DNA of 64,000 bases from Podarcis gaigeae (lineage: Eukaryota), in NCBI GenBank assembly GCA_964106915.2, contig OZ066923.1. One strand, 5' to 3'. This document shows positions 52,199 to 64,000 of the stretch, one piece after another (positions within the stretch are counted from its first letter, which is position 1; the number at the start of each line of letters is the position of its first letter). Position numbers and translations under genes: made by a program. The notes under the pieces are model-generated. The model saw only the letters and a program-made list of their open reading frames with translations, made no database searches and was not told the DNA's origin.

Positions 52199-53601
52199 CG
52201 GTGCCCTGCTAAGAGGTGGCTTTGAAGGAGGTGTCCCTGATTTGGCTGTTGCTGATGCCGTACTGCATGTTGTAGTAGTAACACAAGTGACTGGAGTGCC
52301 TGCTTGCCCAGGTGTGGCTACTGGAGTCGCAATAGGTAAGCCTGTTGGACCAAGAATCAAACTGGCTGGTGGTATACTGGTACTTGCTACAGGTGCCGCA
52401 GGTTTTGTGGGCGCAACAGCAGTTGTTGGCAAGCCAGGCATAACTGTAGTCTCCACCACCAGTGATGTCTCCAGGGATACCGATGGGTGAGCTGCTCCAA
52501 CACCGCCATGCTCACTGAAAAGGGACCGGAGTTTTTCTTCCAAAGTCTTTATGTCATCTATGCCGGGTGCTTTGGGTTGACTGTCAACATCCCCTTCCAG
52601 GCAGTGAGTATGAGGTTGATTGGCTAATGGAGCTGGTTGAGGCTGAGTATGTATTAAAGTTTGCTGGACTGCAGGGACATTCGCTACTGGTTGTGCCAAT
52701 GGCAGAATGCCAGGTAATACTGGGGTAGAGACAGGACCTGCTGCCGCACCTAAGCTAGATGAGGTAACTGTGGGTGGGATGGGTAGCGGCTGCGAGATGG
52801 AGCTAGATATGCTTGATGCTACTGCAGAAGATATAGGTACAGAAACAGGCGCGGGCAGTCCACCTCCACTGACTTGCTGTGGTTTTTCCGGTGACTGTTC
52901 GGTTTTTGACCTTGGCTGCAGCACACTAACTACCACCATTTCAGCTAGGCTGGGTACAGAGCCGCTGGTGTTCAACTGAGAAGACTGCGAAACCACGCTC
53001 TGTGCCGAAGACACAGGGACCGAAGTTTGAGAAACGGCCGGGGCAGCACTGCCAGCACCAACCTGTTGAGATGTCGCAGTTGGTGCCACAACTCCCGATA
53101 TTGTAATGCTAGGCCTTGTCGTTCCGGCTTGTGGCAATGTTAAAGAAGCAGGGGTGCTAACACTAGGAACAATTTCCCCAACAGCAGAAGCCGCCTGGGA
53201 TGCAGTTGTGGACAAAGAAGAAGGTGCACTGACGCTGGAAGGCACTCCACTAATTGACTGTGCCTGCAACCCTGGTGGTGGAGAGCTGGAGCCTGGCAAT
53301 TCTTCACCTGACGGAAGCCCTGCTGTCACTTTTTCTGTTGACTGAGTTGCTGGTAAAGAAACACCGGTGGTGGAAGGAACTGAGGCAGAAGGAGCAGGCA
53401 CCGATGTTGGTGGCAGCCCCCCATTCATGCTTGAACTTAGGCATGGAAAAGGTGGCACAGCCTGGTTAAAAACTGGGGGGGCTGTGCTTGGTCCTTCCGT
53501 CATTTGAGCGTGCTTGAGCTCGGAGAAAGCTTGTTGCAGACTGAGTGAAGATGCAGAGTGAGAGAGATTCATTCCAGGGCCATGAGATGGAGAAGCAGCA
53601 A
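52199..53601 (-). CDS. WNK1: WNK1 exon 19, large S/P/T-rich exon (GIDDIKTLEEKLRSLFSEH)
   Basis: ORF 52175-53620; cag acceptor, gtaagg donor. Confidence 0.96.
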
Positions 53602-54671
53602 CTGCATGGAAGAGAGGCAAAGTCAGCTTCTCTGCAGAAACTTACTGGGTGGTAGTTAACGAAGTTTTACTCAGAGTAGCCCCACTGAAATCAATGGGCC
53701 TAACTTGGATTTCTGAAAGATATCAAAGGCCATAAGTACTTTCTATAGCAACATATTTTTGCACTGACTGCGTCTTCATTTCCCACCTAAAGGAAACTTG
53801 GGGGAAGGAGGGACACAGTGGCACAATTAGTTATTTTTCTGATTCCCCTGCTGCCACAGGTTTCAGCAATGGTAAACTACTACAAATTTAAGTCACTGAG
53901 GCTTATAAAGTACTGGAAACAAGCATATATATGCAAGATAGCCTATGGATGCAAGAGGCAGCTAGGTACCCCTTTACGACTAGGAATCCTAATTTTCTAT
54001 TTCCAACAGTATAACTTTCACAGTACTGCACACTCAAATAGATGGCAACAGTTTATGCCATGCTAATAAAGAAAGAAGGTAGTTTTACTTTCATTTTACC
54101 TATATATTTTTACCACAAAGATTGGGAAACTGCAGCCCTTCAGGTGTAGCTGATCTACAACTCCCATCAACCTTGGCTCTGTTAGCTGGGGCTGATGGGA
54201 GCTGGTGTCTAACAACATCTGGAAGGTCAATGGTTCCCCATCTTTGATTTACAATATTTGCAAGCCACCCTACAATAAAGTTCTTAATGCAGCTCACAAT
54301 AAACAATAAAACCATTCAAAATTCCAACATAAAAAATACAAAAGAGTCAGATGAAATAAAAACATGTTAAAGCTACAGCAAAAGAAACCACCTGGATGTT
54401 TTGATTTTTTAAAAAATGCATTTGCCTGGAGATGACACCAGGCAAGGACATTCTCTCCCCCATAACCGCCAGCTGCAGTTCATTTGGCTGGAGACACTGA
54501 GAATGGCCTCTGAAGAAGAACCCAACACACAGGTAGGTACACATGGAGAGAGACATGCCTTTAGAAACAATAAATTCATTATTGATACAAGCCCTGTAAA
54601 CTGTTTGCTTGAAATCCACACATTCTGTTAGTGGTAAGAGTAGCCTGTGTTGGGAATGGTGATTAACTCAC

Positions 54672-54809
54672 CTATATCAAGCAGCTCACTTTCCGATGGG
54701 ATAGAAGTGAAAAATCTCTGTTCTCGTAACCTACTTTCGGGTACAGGGCTGACAATAAACCGTCTTCCAGCAGAATGGACAACCTGAGTCAATGAGTTAG
54801 GAGGAACAC
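54672..54809 (-). CDS. WNK1: WNK1 exon 18 (VVHSAGRRFIVSPVPESRLRE)
   Basis: RFIV motif; tag acceptor, gtgagt donor. Confidence 0.95.
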
Positions 54810-54970
54810 CTAAAGTAACAGAGAAAAATGTAGGATTACAGTTGTGCAATATCCTACTGAGCTATGTACAATCTACCACACGATCCTGAATCATGCCATG
54901 ACTGTCTTATACTACACCTAAAATACAAACCAGCAATAGAAGATTGTTAAGAGAATTCAATAGCTCTTAC

Positions 54971-55028
54971 CTATTCTTTGTGGCATAGAAGACACAGGAT
55001 CTGGCTGTTTAAAGTCTCCATCCAATTT
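54971..55028 (-). CDS. WNK1: WNK1 exon 17 (KLDGDFKQPDPVSSMPQRI)
   Basis: cag acceptor, gtaaga donor; similar to human KLEGEFKQP. Confidence 0.9.
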
Positions 55029-55346
55029 CTGCAACAAATGAAATGATTATTTTTCTGCATGATCCCAGCATTCAACCACTAAATACACTGATGGCCATGT
55101 CTGGGTGAAATGGTAAATTCTGGTTTAGTTCTAGGTAAACCTCCTCTGGGGCTTGTGAACTCCCTTCCACTTACACGGCCAAGGAGGAGTCGTTTCATGG
55201 CTTTCATAATTTCTTTATCATTAAGACTTTAGCTCAAGTTGATAGATAACTTTTGCCAAGACTGCTTGTTGGAAGAAAGAGCAGTAGAAAGACGCATAGA
55301 CCTTGTGGCAGAAGGCATGAGTTCAGGCAGTAAGATAAACCCTTAC

Positions 55347-55493
55347 CTGGTTATGCATACTGTCCATGCTCTGGTCACCTTCTGGTTCCCCACTTGCATC
55401 CTCGCTGAGCATTTCATCTGCCTTTTCTATGATGTCACGCACCTGCTCGACAAATGAATCTCTCTCCATTGCCAAGATGAATTCATTTTGCAC
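55347..55493 (-). CDS. WNK1: WNK1 exon 16 (VQNEFILAMERDSFVEQVRDIIEKADEMLSED...)
   Basis: cag acceptor, gtaagg donor. Confidence 0.92.
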
Positions 55494-55715
55494 CTGCATG
55501 AAATTTCGTATTGTGGTAAGTACAGACATGTCACCTTCCACTCACCTGAGCAAGTAACAGCAGCAGTTCAGGCGGACGCACCAAACAGAAAACTATGCAG
55601 CACTATGGCAGTTACAGATGCTGCCCTTTCTCTCCTATCCTAAAAAGGAAAACTAGCCTTCCAATCTACAAGTACTGTACTAGTTTGAACACTTTTTGTA
55701 AATCACTTTAAGGCA

Positions 55716-55740
55716 TCTCTCTCTCTCTCTCTCTCTCTCT
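55716..55740. repeat. (TC)n microsatellite
   Basis: Seen directly. Confidence 0.93.
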
Positions 55741-56411
55741 TTTTACAATTAAGCGATGTAAACATTTTATGAAATAAAAAAATAAACTGGTGAGATAGTG
55801 AACTCAACTATGCCCAGCTTTGGTCACAGAGACACTCGCCAAATCTGCTGCTTTCTGTCTTCTGCAAACGTGACTGCATCTCTTGCAGTGATAACAAGAG
55901 GGAGGGATAACCAATCTAAACAGAGGATGAACAGCTATATTCTCAGTAATCATGGAGTTTACTGGGGGCCTTCCATTATGTTACTTGACAGACTAAATAC
56001 TTTGTATATAATTTCCCAAACATTACAGTAGTTATGGAAACAAATATTAGAGGTCTGATTTCCCCCCAAAATAAAAATATGCATTCTGCTTTTGGGCTAG
56101 CCCAGTTGCTGCTTCCGGATCATGGCCCTTGAGTGCAGAACAGTTGGACAATTGTTTGCTTGAAGAAATGATAGTTCTGAGAAAGAAGTTGATTCATGTC
56201 TTCAACTGTTTGATTTAAGCAAGTACTAGCCTACACACAACAACTTCAGACATTCGTTAACCAGCAAACTGTGGCAAACTCAGCAGACAAATTACAACAA
56301 GAACTGTGCTAAAAACAAGCGCTTGGAGAAAACAAATTCAGTGGCAATTAAATATTTGGTACTGAAGCTAATATTTGAACACAGAATTAAGCTTCCATCT
56401 GAACTGCTTAC

Positions 56412-56528
56412 CATGATAGAGGCTATTTCCTCTGGATTGTCACCGTCCAAGTCAAATTTGAAAGTAACCATTTTTCTATTGTGCGTTTCTAACTGGCATT
56501 CCACAACACGGTCTCCTTTATTTGAAAC
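56412..56528 (-). CDS. WNK1: WNK1 exon 15 ([39 protein letters not shown])
   Basis: CCT-like domain; cag acceptor, gtaagc donor. Confidence 0.97.
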
Positions 56529-57751
56529 CTGGAACACACAATTCTGTTATTCAAGATGAGAAGTAAACAGAATGGAAGAGAATGATAGCTGTAGATGGGC
56601 TGGGAGCAATATAGAGAAGCAGAAAAATATGCATATGAAATTATCAAGAACCACCAGGGGTTTGCCCACAGCCATAAAGGGACCTGAACAAGGCATTCAG
56701 GGGCATGGAGGGTTGAATTCAGTCTTCTCCCATAAAAGTGAAATTTCATATATTACAAGGGGACAGAGTAGTCTGGTTCACACATAACATGAAGCCATGG
56801 TTTACTAAACACAGGCCAGTAGTATACTTATGGTGCATTTAGTGCCAGCAAACCAGGATCTGAAACCATGATTTGTTACTGACTTGCAAACCTTGGTTTC
56901 TTTTAAATATGGCTTTGTGTTATGTGTGAACTAACCACCTTCCTTGACCATGATTTGTCTGGCCTCTCCACCCCAGAAGCTCACCAAGCTAGAAAGATAT
57001 GAGAGCAGCTGGAAGGAGGTGAACTTGGGGAAAACAAGCAACAGTTTGATTGTCTACGTGACAGCTCATAGTTTGTTAAATGAACCATGGCTTAGCGCTG
57101 TGTGAATAAAACCATTCTCTCCCCCCCGTCCCCCCTCACACACATACATACACAATCTTAAAATACGGTGGAAGCTTGATGGGGACACGATAGTTGCACA
57201 ACTCAATATATGCCATCTTAAGCAAAACAAACAAACAAACACAGAGAAACACAATAGTATAACCCAATGTAAGAATTTAGGACAAAAAAGCATCACAGGA
57301 GAACAATTTGTCAAGAGGTTAGAACAGTGACTGAATTCAGATATAATGAGAAACCTTGGTTTGTTGTTATGAAGAGGGGCAGAGACAAGCCCTTGGCTCA
57401 TACACTCCCTCCTCCCCTTCCACTGCATGCAAAGTGAGATATGAAGCTTTAGATTCTACTCAATAGCAAACCAAAGCTTACCTACAAACCTGGATCAAAC
57501 TATACTTTATAATGCTGGTTTGAGCAAATCATAGTTTGCTGTTAACTAATAAGCAACATTTCTAATCTCCTCCCCTTGCATGCAGGACAATGGGAGGGGA
57601 GAGCACTTAAGGCCAAGATTTTTGCGAGTTTTTTAGAGTCTAATAAACTATGCACTAAAACAGAGGTTTTAAAACACAGTGGACTGATTCAGATGTAACA
57701 CTAAACCATAATTCAGTACTATACAGTGCAGTATCACCAAAAGAAACTCAC

Positions 57752-57914
57752 ATTAAGAATTCTCAGTTTGGGACGTGTAGTCTTCTCATGCCGAGAGCGG
57801 CTGCGCACTGACTTCCGATAATGCCGTTTCGTAGTCCTCCCTTCATGTCTACCACTAGATGCTGGAACACTTTCATTGCAGTCACTTAAGCCTGAAGCAA
57901 CATCTGAATGTGCA
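57752..57914 (-). CDS. WNK1: WNK1 exon 14 (AHSDVASGLSD...RSRHEKTTRPKLRILN)
   Basis: tag acceptor, gtgagt donor. Confidence 0.96.
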
Positions 57915-58483
57915 CTACAGAAAAACAAGTAGGGAAAAAAGCAGCCATTTTTACCTGTAATCCCCCCCCACTTCCTTTCCATGCTGAGTATCACTCTCAG
58001 CAAATCAAGGAATGTAAGTAAAATGCTCTTTAGAAAATCCTACCACTACATGCTAATAAAGATGATTAAATCTGCACTAGTGAAATGAGGCTCAAATGTG
58101 TTTTTTAATTAGTCATTAAATGCCTCTCTTGTATATTTCATCAGGAGTTTCCAAACTGTGGTTTGTGGACCACTACTAGTCTATGGCCTTCATTCAGGTG
58201 ATCCACAGCATGTTTGTGGATTTGTGGTTGAACGGGGAAACAGTACTTTTCATTGCCTTAAACGTTCATAATGTATTGATTATTACTTGTATGTTCATTG
58301 CTTCTTTTATTTCTTATATTTTATATTACAGTTTTAATTCCACAGACTTCAAATTGTAATACATGCAACACCCGCCCCCTACACACATTCAATACATGTG
58401 CATCGAGCCAAACCCGCAAGGGATGTGTGCAGTAACTCAGAACATAACCCTGCAAAAATGGAGGGTTGCCTTACAAGAACATA

Positions 58484-58703
58484 CAGTGGGTGCTCGGGTT
58501 GCGAACGTGATCTGTGGGGGAGGCACGTCTGCAACCCACAGCCCCGCGTCTGCGCAGGTGCGGTTGTGTTTTGGAGCTTCTGCGCATGTGCAAAGCACAA
58601 GCGCCGAAACCCGGAAGTAGCCCGTAGCAGTACTACTGGGTTTCGGCGCGTCCGTAACCTGAAAATGCGCAACCTGAAGCGTCTGTAACCCAAGATAGGA
58701 CTG
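58484..58703. mobile_element. Tigger-like MITE, probably nested in an older hAT element (about 58142-58865)
   Basis: TA-CAGTGGGTGCTCGGGTT and AACCCAAGATAGGACTG-TA ends; CpG-rich. Confidence 0.7.
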
Positions 58704-59277
58704 TACAATGTATAAGAAGTACAAGAAGCAATTAAATGCAATTTTTAAAAAACATACAGCACCTTCCGCAGCACATTACAATTTCTATAACAAGCATAAA
58801 AATAATTAAGCAGTTCACCAAGACCCTCACCAATTTTCTGTAGGGGGGAAAGTTTGGGAATCACTATGCTACATGCTTTAAGGAAGAGTCGCCTTTTGAG
58901 TCACTCACAGGAAAGACACAGGCCATTTTTAATAGGGTGCTGCAACAGGTAAGGTATAGTTAAGTTAGGACATTATGAGCCTGGTACAACTAGTGTCTGA
59001 GCAGCCTTGCTGTAATTCAGGAAAGGAGTAATCAGCTACAATTAGAGATGGGTAACCTGTGACCCTCCAGAGGTCTCATCAGCCTCAGCCAGCATGGCTG
59101 ATTGTCAGGGATGATGGAACTGGAGTCAAACAAGTTCCATGCCCCAGCTTAGATGTCAAGGGCAGATGTTAAGAGTTCACATGCGAAGAGTCCGCCCAAA
59201 TCAGAAACAGATTAACAGAAGCACCATGTCTGTAATGATAACTATTCCAAGTTGAAATGCAATAATTTACTATTTAC

Positions 59278-59378
59278 CTATCTATTGAGGAAACCAATGG
59301 GGTTGATTGCGAAGGCTGCTGCTGCTGCACTGGTGGTTGAGTCTCTGCAGGTGCTGTTTGAGTAACTCCAGAAGTACT
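59278..59378 (-). CDS. WNK1: WNK1 exon 13 (STSGVTQTAPAETQPPVQQQQPSQSTPLVSSID)
   Basis: cag acceptor, gtaaat donor; phase 0-2. Confidence 0.88.
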
Positions 59379-60041
59379 CTGCAAAAGATAAAGCATTCCC
59401 TTCATGCATCTTGTTAAAGAGCTCTTTTTCCAGCCCCATCACAGTCCATCCATCTAGGTAACTAGAAGCTGAAAAGCACACTGTTCTCTCTAGAACATCT
59501 TAAAGCATCTAAACATTTCAAATTTTTAACCCCAATTGAGGTTTTCGTGCAAATTTGAAACAAGTTGCCTGGTGAAAGTCAACCATTTTATTTACTACAT
59601 GATGGTGGCACTACAGCTTGCCATGCAACCAGAAATCTTACTAGCAGAATGTGCAACAGAGAAGCCAATGCAGAATGCAAAGTCCATTCAAATCTCCCCC
59701 AGCTACAGCAAGGCTGCAGGGAACACGTTTGAGGAGAGATTTTTTTCCAGTGACTGTTGAGTATAGCATGTCTTCAATACAATGATTGGCATTACTAGCC
59801 AGAAGAGAAGTGCTAGCAAGTGTTTTGCATCTTGGGAGGCCCACTCACTTCCCAACAGCATAGCCAGGGGCAACAAGGTCTCCACATTGGCATCACATTC
59901 TGCTGTAAGAGAAATTCATTTTGACGATTAGCATATGATTTTTCAGCTTGCTACCCCCAAATGGAAGTGAATTTAAAATTCATGCCCTGAAACTCAGTTT
60001 TTTAGAATGCACACACACAGCAACATGCATAGTCCATTTAC

Positions 60042-60317
60042 CTCTAATGCTGTCTGCTGGGAAGCTGAAGATGAGACCTGCTGAGCTAAACAGGAAGCAG
60101 GCTGTGGCACTTGAACCTGTCCGCCTAGACTGCCCAAAGAAACTAAAACATTCTGCTCCACATAAGGCTGTACCATTGCGCCAAGATAGCCTGGCTGAGC
60201 CAGTACATCTGTGGGTAAGGGAGGGGATAGTACTGCAGAAGGGAGGCAAGCAGAGGCCACAGAAGAAGCAATGTTTGAGTCTCCAGTATATTGTGCTGAT
60301 AGCCGAGGTGGGAAGCC
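60042..60317 (-). CDS. WNK1: WNK1 alternative exon 12 (GFPPRLSAQYTGDSNI...SQQTALE)
   Basis: Homologous to the human proline-rich exon 12; cag acceptor, gtaaat donor; TGCATG just downstream. Confidence 0.93.
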
Positions 60318-61009
60318 CTGCGATAAATGAGGAAGCCAAGTTATTGTAATTTAGGGTAATTCAGGGGGAAACAGTATGAAACAGATAGGGAGGGAGGGAA
60401 AGCAAGGCAAGCTGCATAGGATTTTTAACTCCCTCCTGCCATGAACTCCTTAGATTTGCTGCACAACTTCCAGGGTAACTTGTTTTAAAAAGGAACAAAG
60501 CCTACTTGCCTTGGGGTCAATGTTAAATCCCAAGCCATCATGCACTCTGGAACAGCAGTGCACCACACAACTAAAGGGACCTTAAAGCAACCTGTGTACT
60601 AAAAAGGTCCTCCCTGTCCTGTTAACTATAAATGCTCCATCAAGTTACCAGGTCTGCAAAGAAGCTGTCAGATGACCAGGCCCCAGTCAAGTCAGAGCAA
60701 CAGGGCTCCATCTCTTCTAATGCCTGCTTGCCAGTCTCTTTCCAGAGACAAAAAGAGAGGTTTCACTTGTTATTTATTTTTGTTGTGCTGTCTACTGAAG
60801 ACAAGTTCAACATGTTTCCCTAAAATTGGAGCATGGGAAATCTGTTTGCTTGCCATGTGTATATCATGGTGCTTCCGCATCTTTCACAATTTACCGTATT
60901 TTTCGCTCTATAACACGCACATCGTTTTTAGAGGAGGAAAACAAGGGAAAAAACATTTTGAATGAAACAGTGGATGTATCATTTTTGTGCTTCATGCTGT
61001 GGCCACAGA

Positions 61010-62005
61010 CATGTGATCTGATGGTGAATTTGGGCTGACCCAATGCAAAAATCCTGAGAATCCCTGTGCATCCATGGTTTGTAACCACATTTTTGCACCA
61101 TTGCAGCCCCAGGCAACAGTGGGTGCGTGATTTTGGGGGGGCAGGCTGTAGCCATGGACATGCTATGTGCTCTGATGGTGAATTTGGGCTGACCCAATGC
61201 AAAGACCCTGAGGATCCATGTGGATCCATGGTTTGTAACCACGTTTTTTCACCATTGTAGCCCCAGGCAACAGTGGGTATGTGATTTGGGGGGGGGCAGG
61301 CTGTAGCCATGGACATGCTATGTGATCTGATGGTGAATTTGGGGTGACCCAATGCCAAAATCCTGAGAATTCCTGTGGATCCATGGTTTGTAACCAAGTT
61401 TTTGCACCATTGCAGCCCCAGGCAACAGTGGGTGCGTGATTTTGGGGGGGCAGGCTGTAGCCATGGACATGCTATGTGCTCTGATGGTGAATTTGGGCTG
61501 ACCCAATGCAAAGATCCTGAGGATCCATGTGGATCCATGGTTTGTAACCACGTTTTTGCACCATTGCAGCCCCAGGCAACAGTGGGTGCGTGATTTTTGG
61601 GGGGCAGGCTGTAGCCATGGACTTGCTATGTGCTCTGATGGTGAATTTGGGCTGACCCAATGCAAAGATCCTGAGGATCCATGTGGATCCATGGTTTGTA
61701 ACCACGTTTTTGCACCATTGCAGCCCCAGGCAACAGTGGGTATGTGATTTGGGGGGGGCAGGCTGTAGCCATGGACATGCTATGTGATCTGATGGTGAAT
61801 TTGGGGTGACCCAATGCAAGGATCCTGAGAATCCCTGTGGATCCATGCTTTTTAACCACATTTTTGCACCATTGCAGCCCCAGGCAACAGTGGGTGCGTG
61901 ATTTTTTTGGTGCAGGCTGTGGCCATGGACATGCTATGTGGTCTGATGGTGAATTTGGGGTGACCCAATGGAAAGATCCTGAGGATCCATGCTTTGTAAC
62001 CACAT
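61010..62005. repeat. 154-bp minisatellite, about 6.4 copies
   Basis: GATGGTGAATTTGGG recurs at 61020, 61174, 61329, 61483, 61637, 61791 and 61945. Confidence 0.95.
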
Positions 62006-62125
62006 TTTAAGTGGGGAGCGAAGGAAAAACAAAGAAGGGGCATTAGAGGGGTGTGCAGAGAAGCAGCTGGCTAAGAATGCAGGAGAGGGATTTAACGGGA
62101 GGGAGGAAAGAAAGGCAAAAGTTTC

Positions 62126-62292
62126 NNNNNNNNNNNNNNNNNNNNNNNNNNNNNNNNNNNNNNNNNNNNNNNNNNNNNNNNNNNNNNNNNNNNNNNNNNN
62201 NNNNNNNNNNNNNNNNNNNNNNNNNNNNNNNNNNNNNNNNNNNNNNNNNNNNNNNNNNNNNNNNNNNNNNNNNNNNNNNNNNNNNNNNNNNN
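62126..62292. other. Assembly gap (N run)
   Basis: Run of Ns inside the transposon. Confidence 0.99.
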
Positions 62293-62944
62293 GCACCAGA
62301 GCTTGCCTGGAGGGGAGGGGCTTTCCCTGCTCTTTGTTCCGTTTCAGCAAACACAGCAACGAAACAGAGGTGGGTGGGCAGTAAGACCCTGAGGCAGAAT
62401 GCAGGAAAGCAGCCGCTTCCTCTTTTCAGGTTTCGCTTCTCCGTGCAGCGTGCAGCGCCGCGATTTGATTTTTGCATGATTTTTCGGCTCCAGGAACCAC
62501 ACATTCGCTCTATAACACGCACAGACATTTCCCCTTCCTTTTTAGAAGAAAAAATCTGCGTGTTATAGAAGGAAAAATACGGTAAGTCTTGTTAAGCTTT
62601 TTATGCTGTGCTCCAGCTGACAGTCAAAACTGCCTGGCCAGCACTCCAGCAAATTATCACTGCAGCCTGGCAATTTCATAGCTTGAATCTATTAACTGAG
62701 ATGAAACACCTGATGTGCTAGATGTCCTCATCACACCCAAACATAAGGTAGTAGTGGAATAGAGAACCTGTAGCTTCCAGATGCAACTCCCATACCTCAT
62801 TGGCCCTGCTGGCTGGGGCTGATGTAGTCCAACAACTTCAGGAGAGCTACAGGCTCCCCCCCCCCCCGCACTGGTATTTGAGTGGGGAAACTGTGGCCCT
62901 TCAGTGATCTGACACTCATTTACATGTCAGTCAACATTACTCTT

Positions 62945-63090
62945 CCAGCTCAGTTGGTTAGAGTGTGGTATTGATAATACCAAGGTTGCAGGTTCAAGCC
63001 CCATATGGGACACCTGCATGTTCCTGCATTGCAGGGGGTTGGACTAGGTGAGCCTCAGGGTGCCTTCCAATTCTATAATTCTACGATTCA
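62945..63090 (+). mobile_element. Squam3-like tRNA-derived SINE
   Basis: A box agctcagttggttagag, B box ggttcaagccc, CR1-like tail ccttccaattctataattctacgattc. Confidence 0.75.
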
Positions 63091-63291
63091 TTCCTCAGTA
63101 AAATTACCAATGCAAAAACAAAATACCATTACTAATCAAATTTGGTTTGAAATCAGGACTTTCCCTTGTATACTGAAAAACCATTTGGCCTCTCTTTCCA
63201 AAGACTGCAAGTAACTTTTCAGGACATCTTAGCAGTGTCTAAAGCACCAGAGGAGCAGAAGAGAGGGACTCTTTCTTGACTGCCACAATAC

Positions 63292-63765
63292 CTGGTACAC
63301 AGCATCTGTAGGTGGAAGTGGTACTTCAGCAGTTTGTCCAAGTGTGGCTGGCAATCCCATGGGCTGAACAGATGGCTGTAGAAGCTGTGGGAGAACCTGG
63401 CCGGACAGCTGCGCCACGGGCTGCAGAAGAGTTGGAAGCTGGCTAGGGACAACAGTTGAACCCACAGGAATAGCAGCTGCAGCAGCAGATGTGGCCAAAG
63501 TGAGCAATGGCTGGCTAACACCAGATGCCATGGAGATGGGTAGAGTTGGGAAACCAGGCTGAGCCACTGACACATGAGGTGTTGCTATGGGCATCTGAGA
63601 AACTGAGAACTGTGGATGAAGGGGAGTCTGTAAGGGCGGGCCCATAGGGAGAAAATGAGAGCCAATGGGCATGACAGGGGCAACTGAAGGCTGAGGAAGG
63701 GAAGGCACTGCCATAGGTAACTGTGTTTCACCTTGGATGATCGGCACTGGCTGGGAAACAGGAAG
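63292..63765 (-). CDS. WNK1: WNK1 alternative exon 11 (LPVSQPVPIIQGE...DAVYQ)
   Basis: Core of ORF 63229-63819; cag acceptor, gtattg donor. Confidence 0.93.
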
Positions 63766-64000
63766 CTGGGGAGGTAAAGAAAAAGATAGACCTTTAAGGA
63801 GAAAGGTTGCAGGAAGCAAGCTTTTAATTGCATTAGTCCAAGAAAAGGGGAGAAATGTTTACACCACACTTAACAGGAGCAGGGAAGGAATATATTTGAC
63901 AGAGTGGCTGGGAGGGTTACTTCCAATTAGCAGTTTTTGGTGGCCTTTTTTGATGCCTATCTTTAACATTTTGGAGAAATTATCCTTGTTATCGAAGGAG

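Larger units (their letters stand above)
60894..62582. mobile_element. Tc1/mariner-pogo-type non-autonomous element carrying a minisatellite
   Basis: TA-CCGTATTTTTCGCTCTATAACACGCA and TGCGTGTTATAGAAGGAAAAATACGG-TA ends; internal copy of the TIR motif near 62504. Confidence 0.88.
30259..63765 (-). other. WNK1: WNK1 gene, exons 11-28 (kinase domain lies outside the window)
   Basis: Phase-compatible exon chain with RFxV motifs, a CCT-like domain, a C-terminal coiled coil and a KGTFTDDLHKLVDNW...PPGSNLRTT* terminus. Confidence 0.97.

Noticed and set aside
61010-62005. 154-bp array as a CRISPR array or repeat-protein gene
   Set aside because: It has no unique spacers or cas genes and sits in a eukaryotic intron. 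The unit length is not a multiple of three, so the repeated ORFs are artefacts.
62945-63010. tRNA gene
   Set aside because: The A/B boxes run directly into a SINE body and tail, and there is no intact acceptor stem.

Overview
Vertebrate genomic DNA, most likely a lacertid lizard (inferred from POM/Squam1-type Sauria SINEs, a Bov-B LINE fragment and Squam3-like SINEs). It covers the conserved ERC1-RAD52-WNK1 locus. ERC1 (minus strand) contributes its first coding exon. A CpG-island promoter at about 9.3-10.9 kb is shared head-to-head with RAD52. RAD52 (plus strand) is complete: 11 coding exons, 1182 nt, 393 aa. WNK1 (minus strand) contributes its 3' half, exons 11-28 including 26a/26b, plus a 3' UTR of about 2.5 kb convergent on RAD52. 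Introns carry SINEs, LINE fragments and hAT and Tc1/mariner-type non-autonomous elements; one holds a 154-bp minisatellite and an assembly gap. There is no prokaryotic system or CRISPR array. The best leads are several frame-preserving WNK1 cassette-exon candidates that I do not recognise (a 54-nt Cys/Trp-rich exon between exons 12 and 13; 111-nt and 129-nt exons after 26b), absence of both NEDD4-2 PY motifs in exons 11/12, and a miR-192/215 site in the 3' UTR. Exon numbers follow human WNK1 and RAD52 from memory. Nothing was checked against databases.
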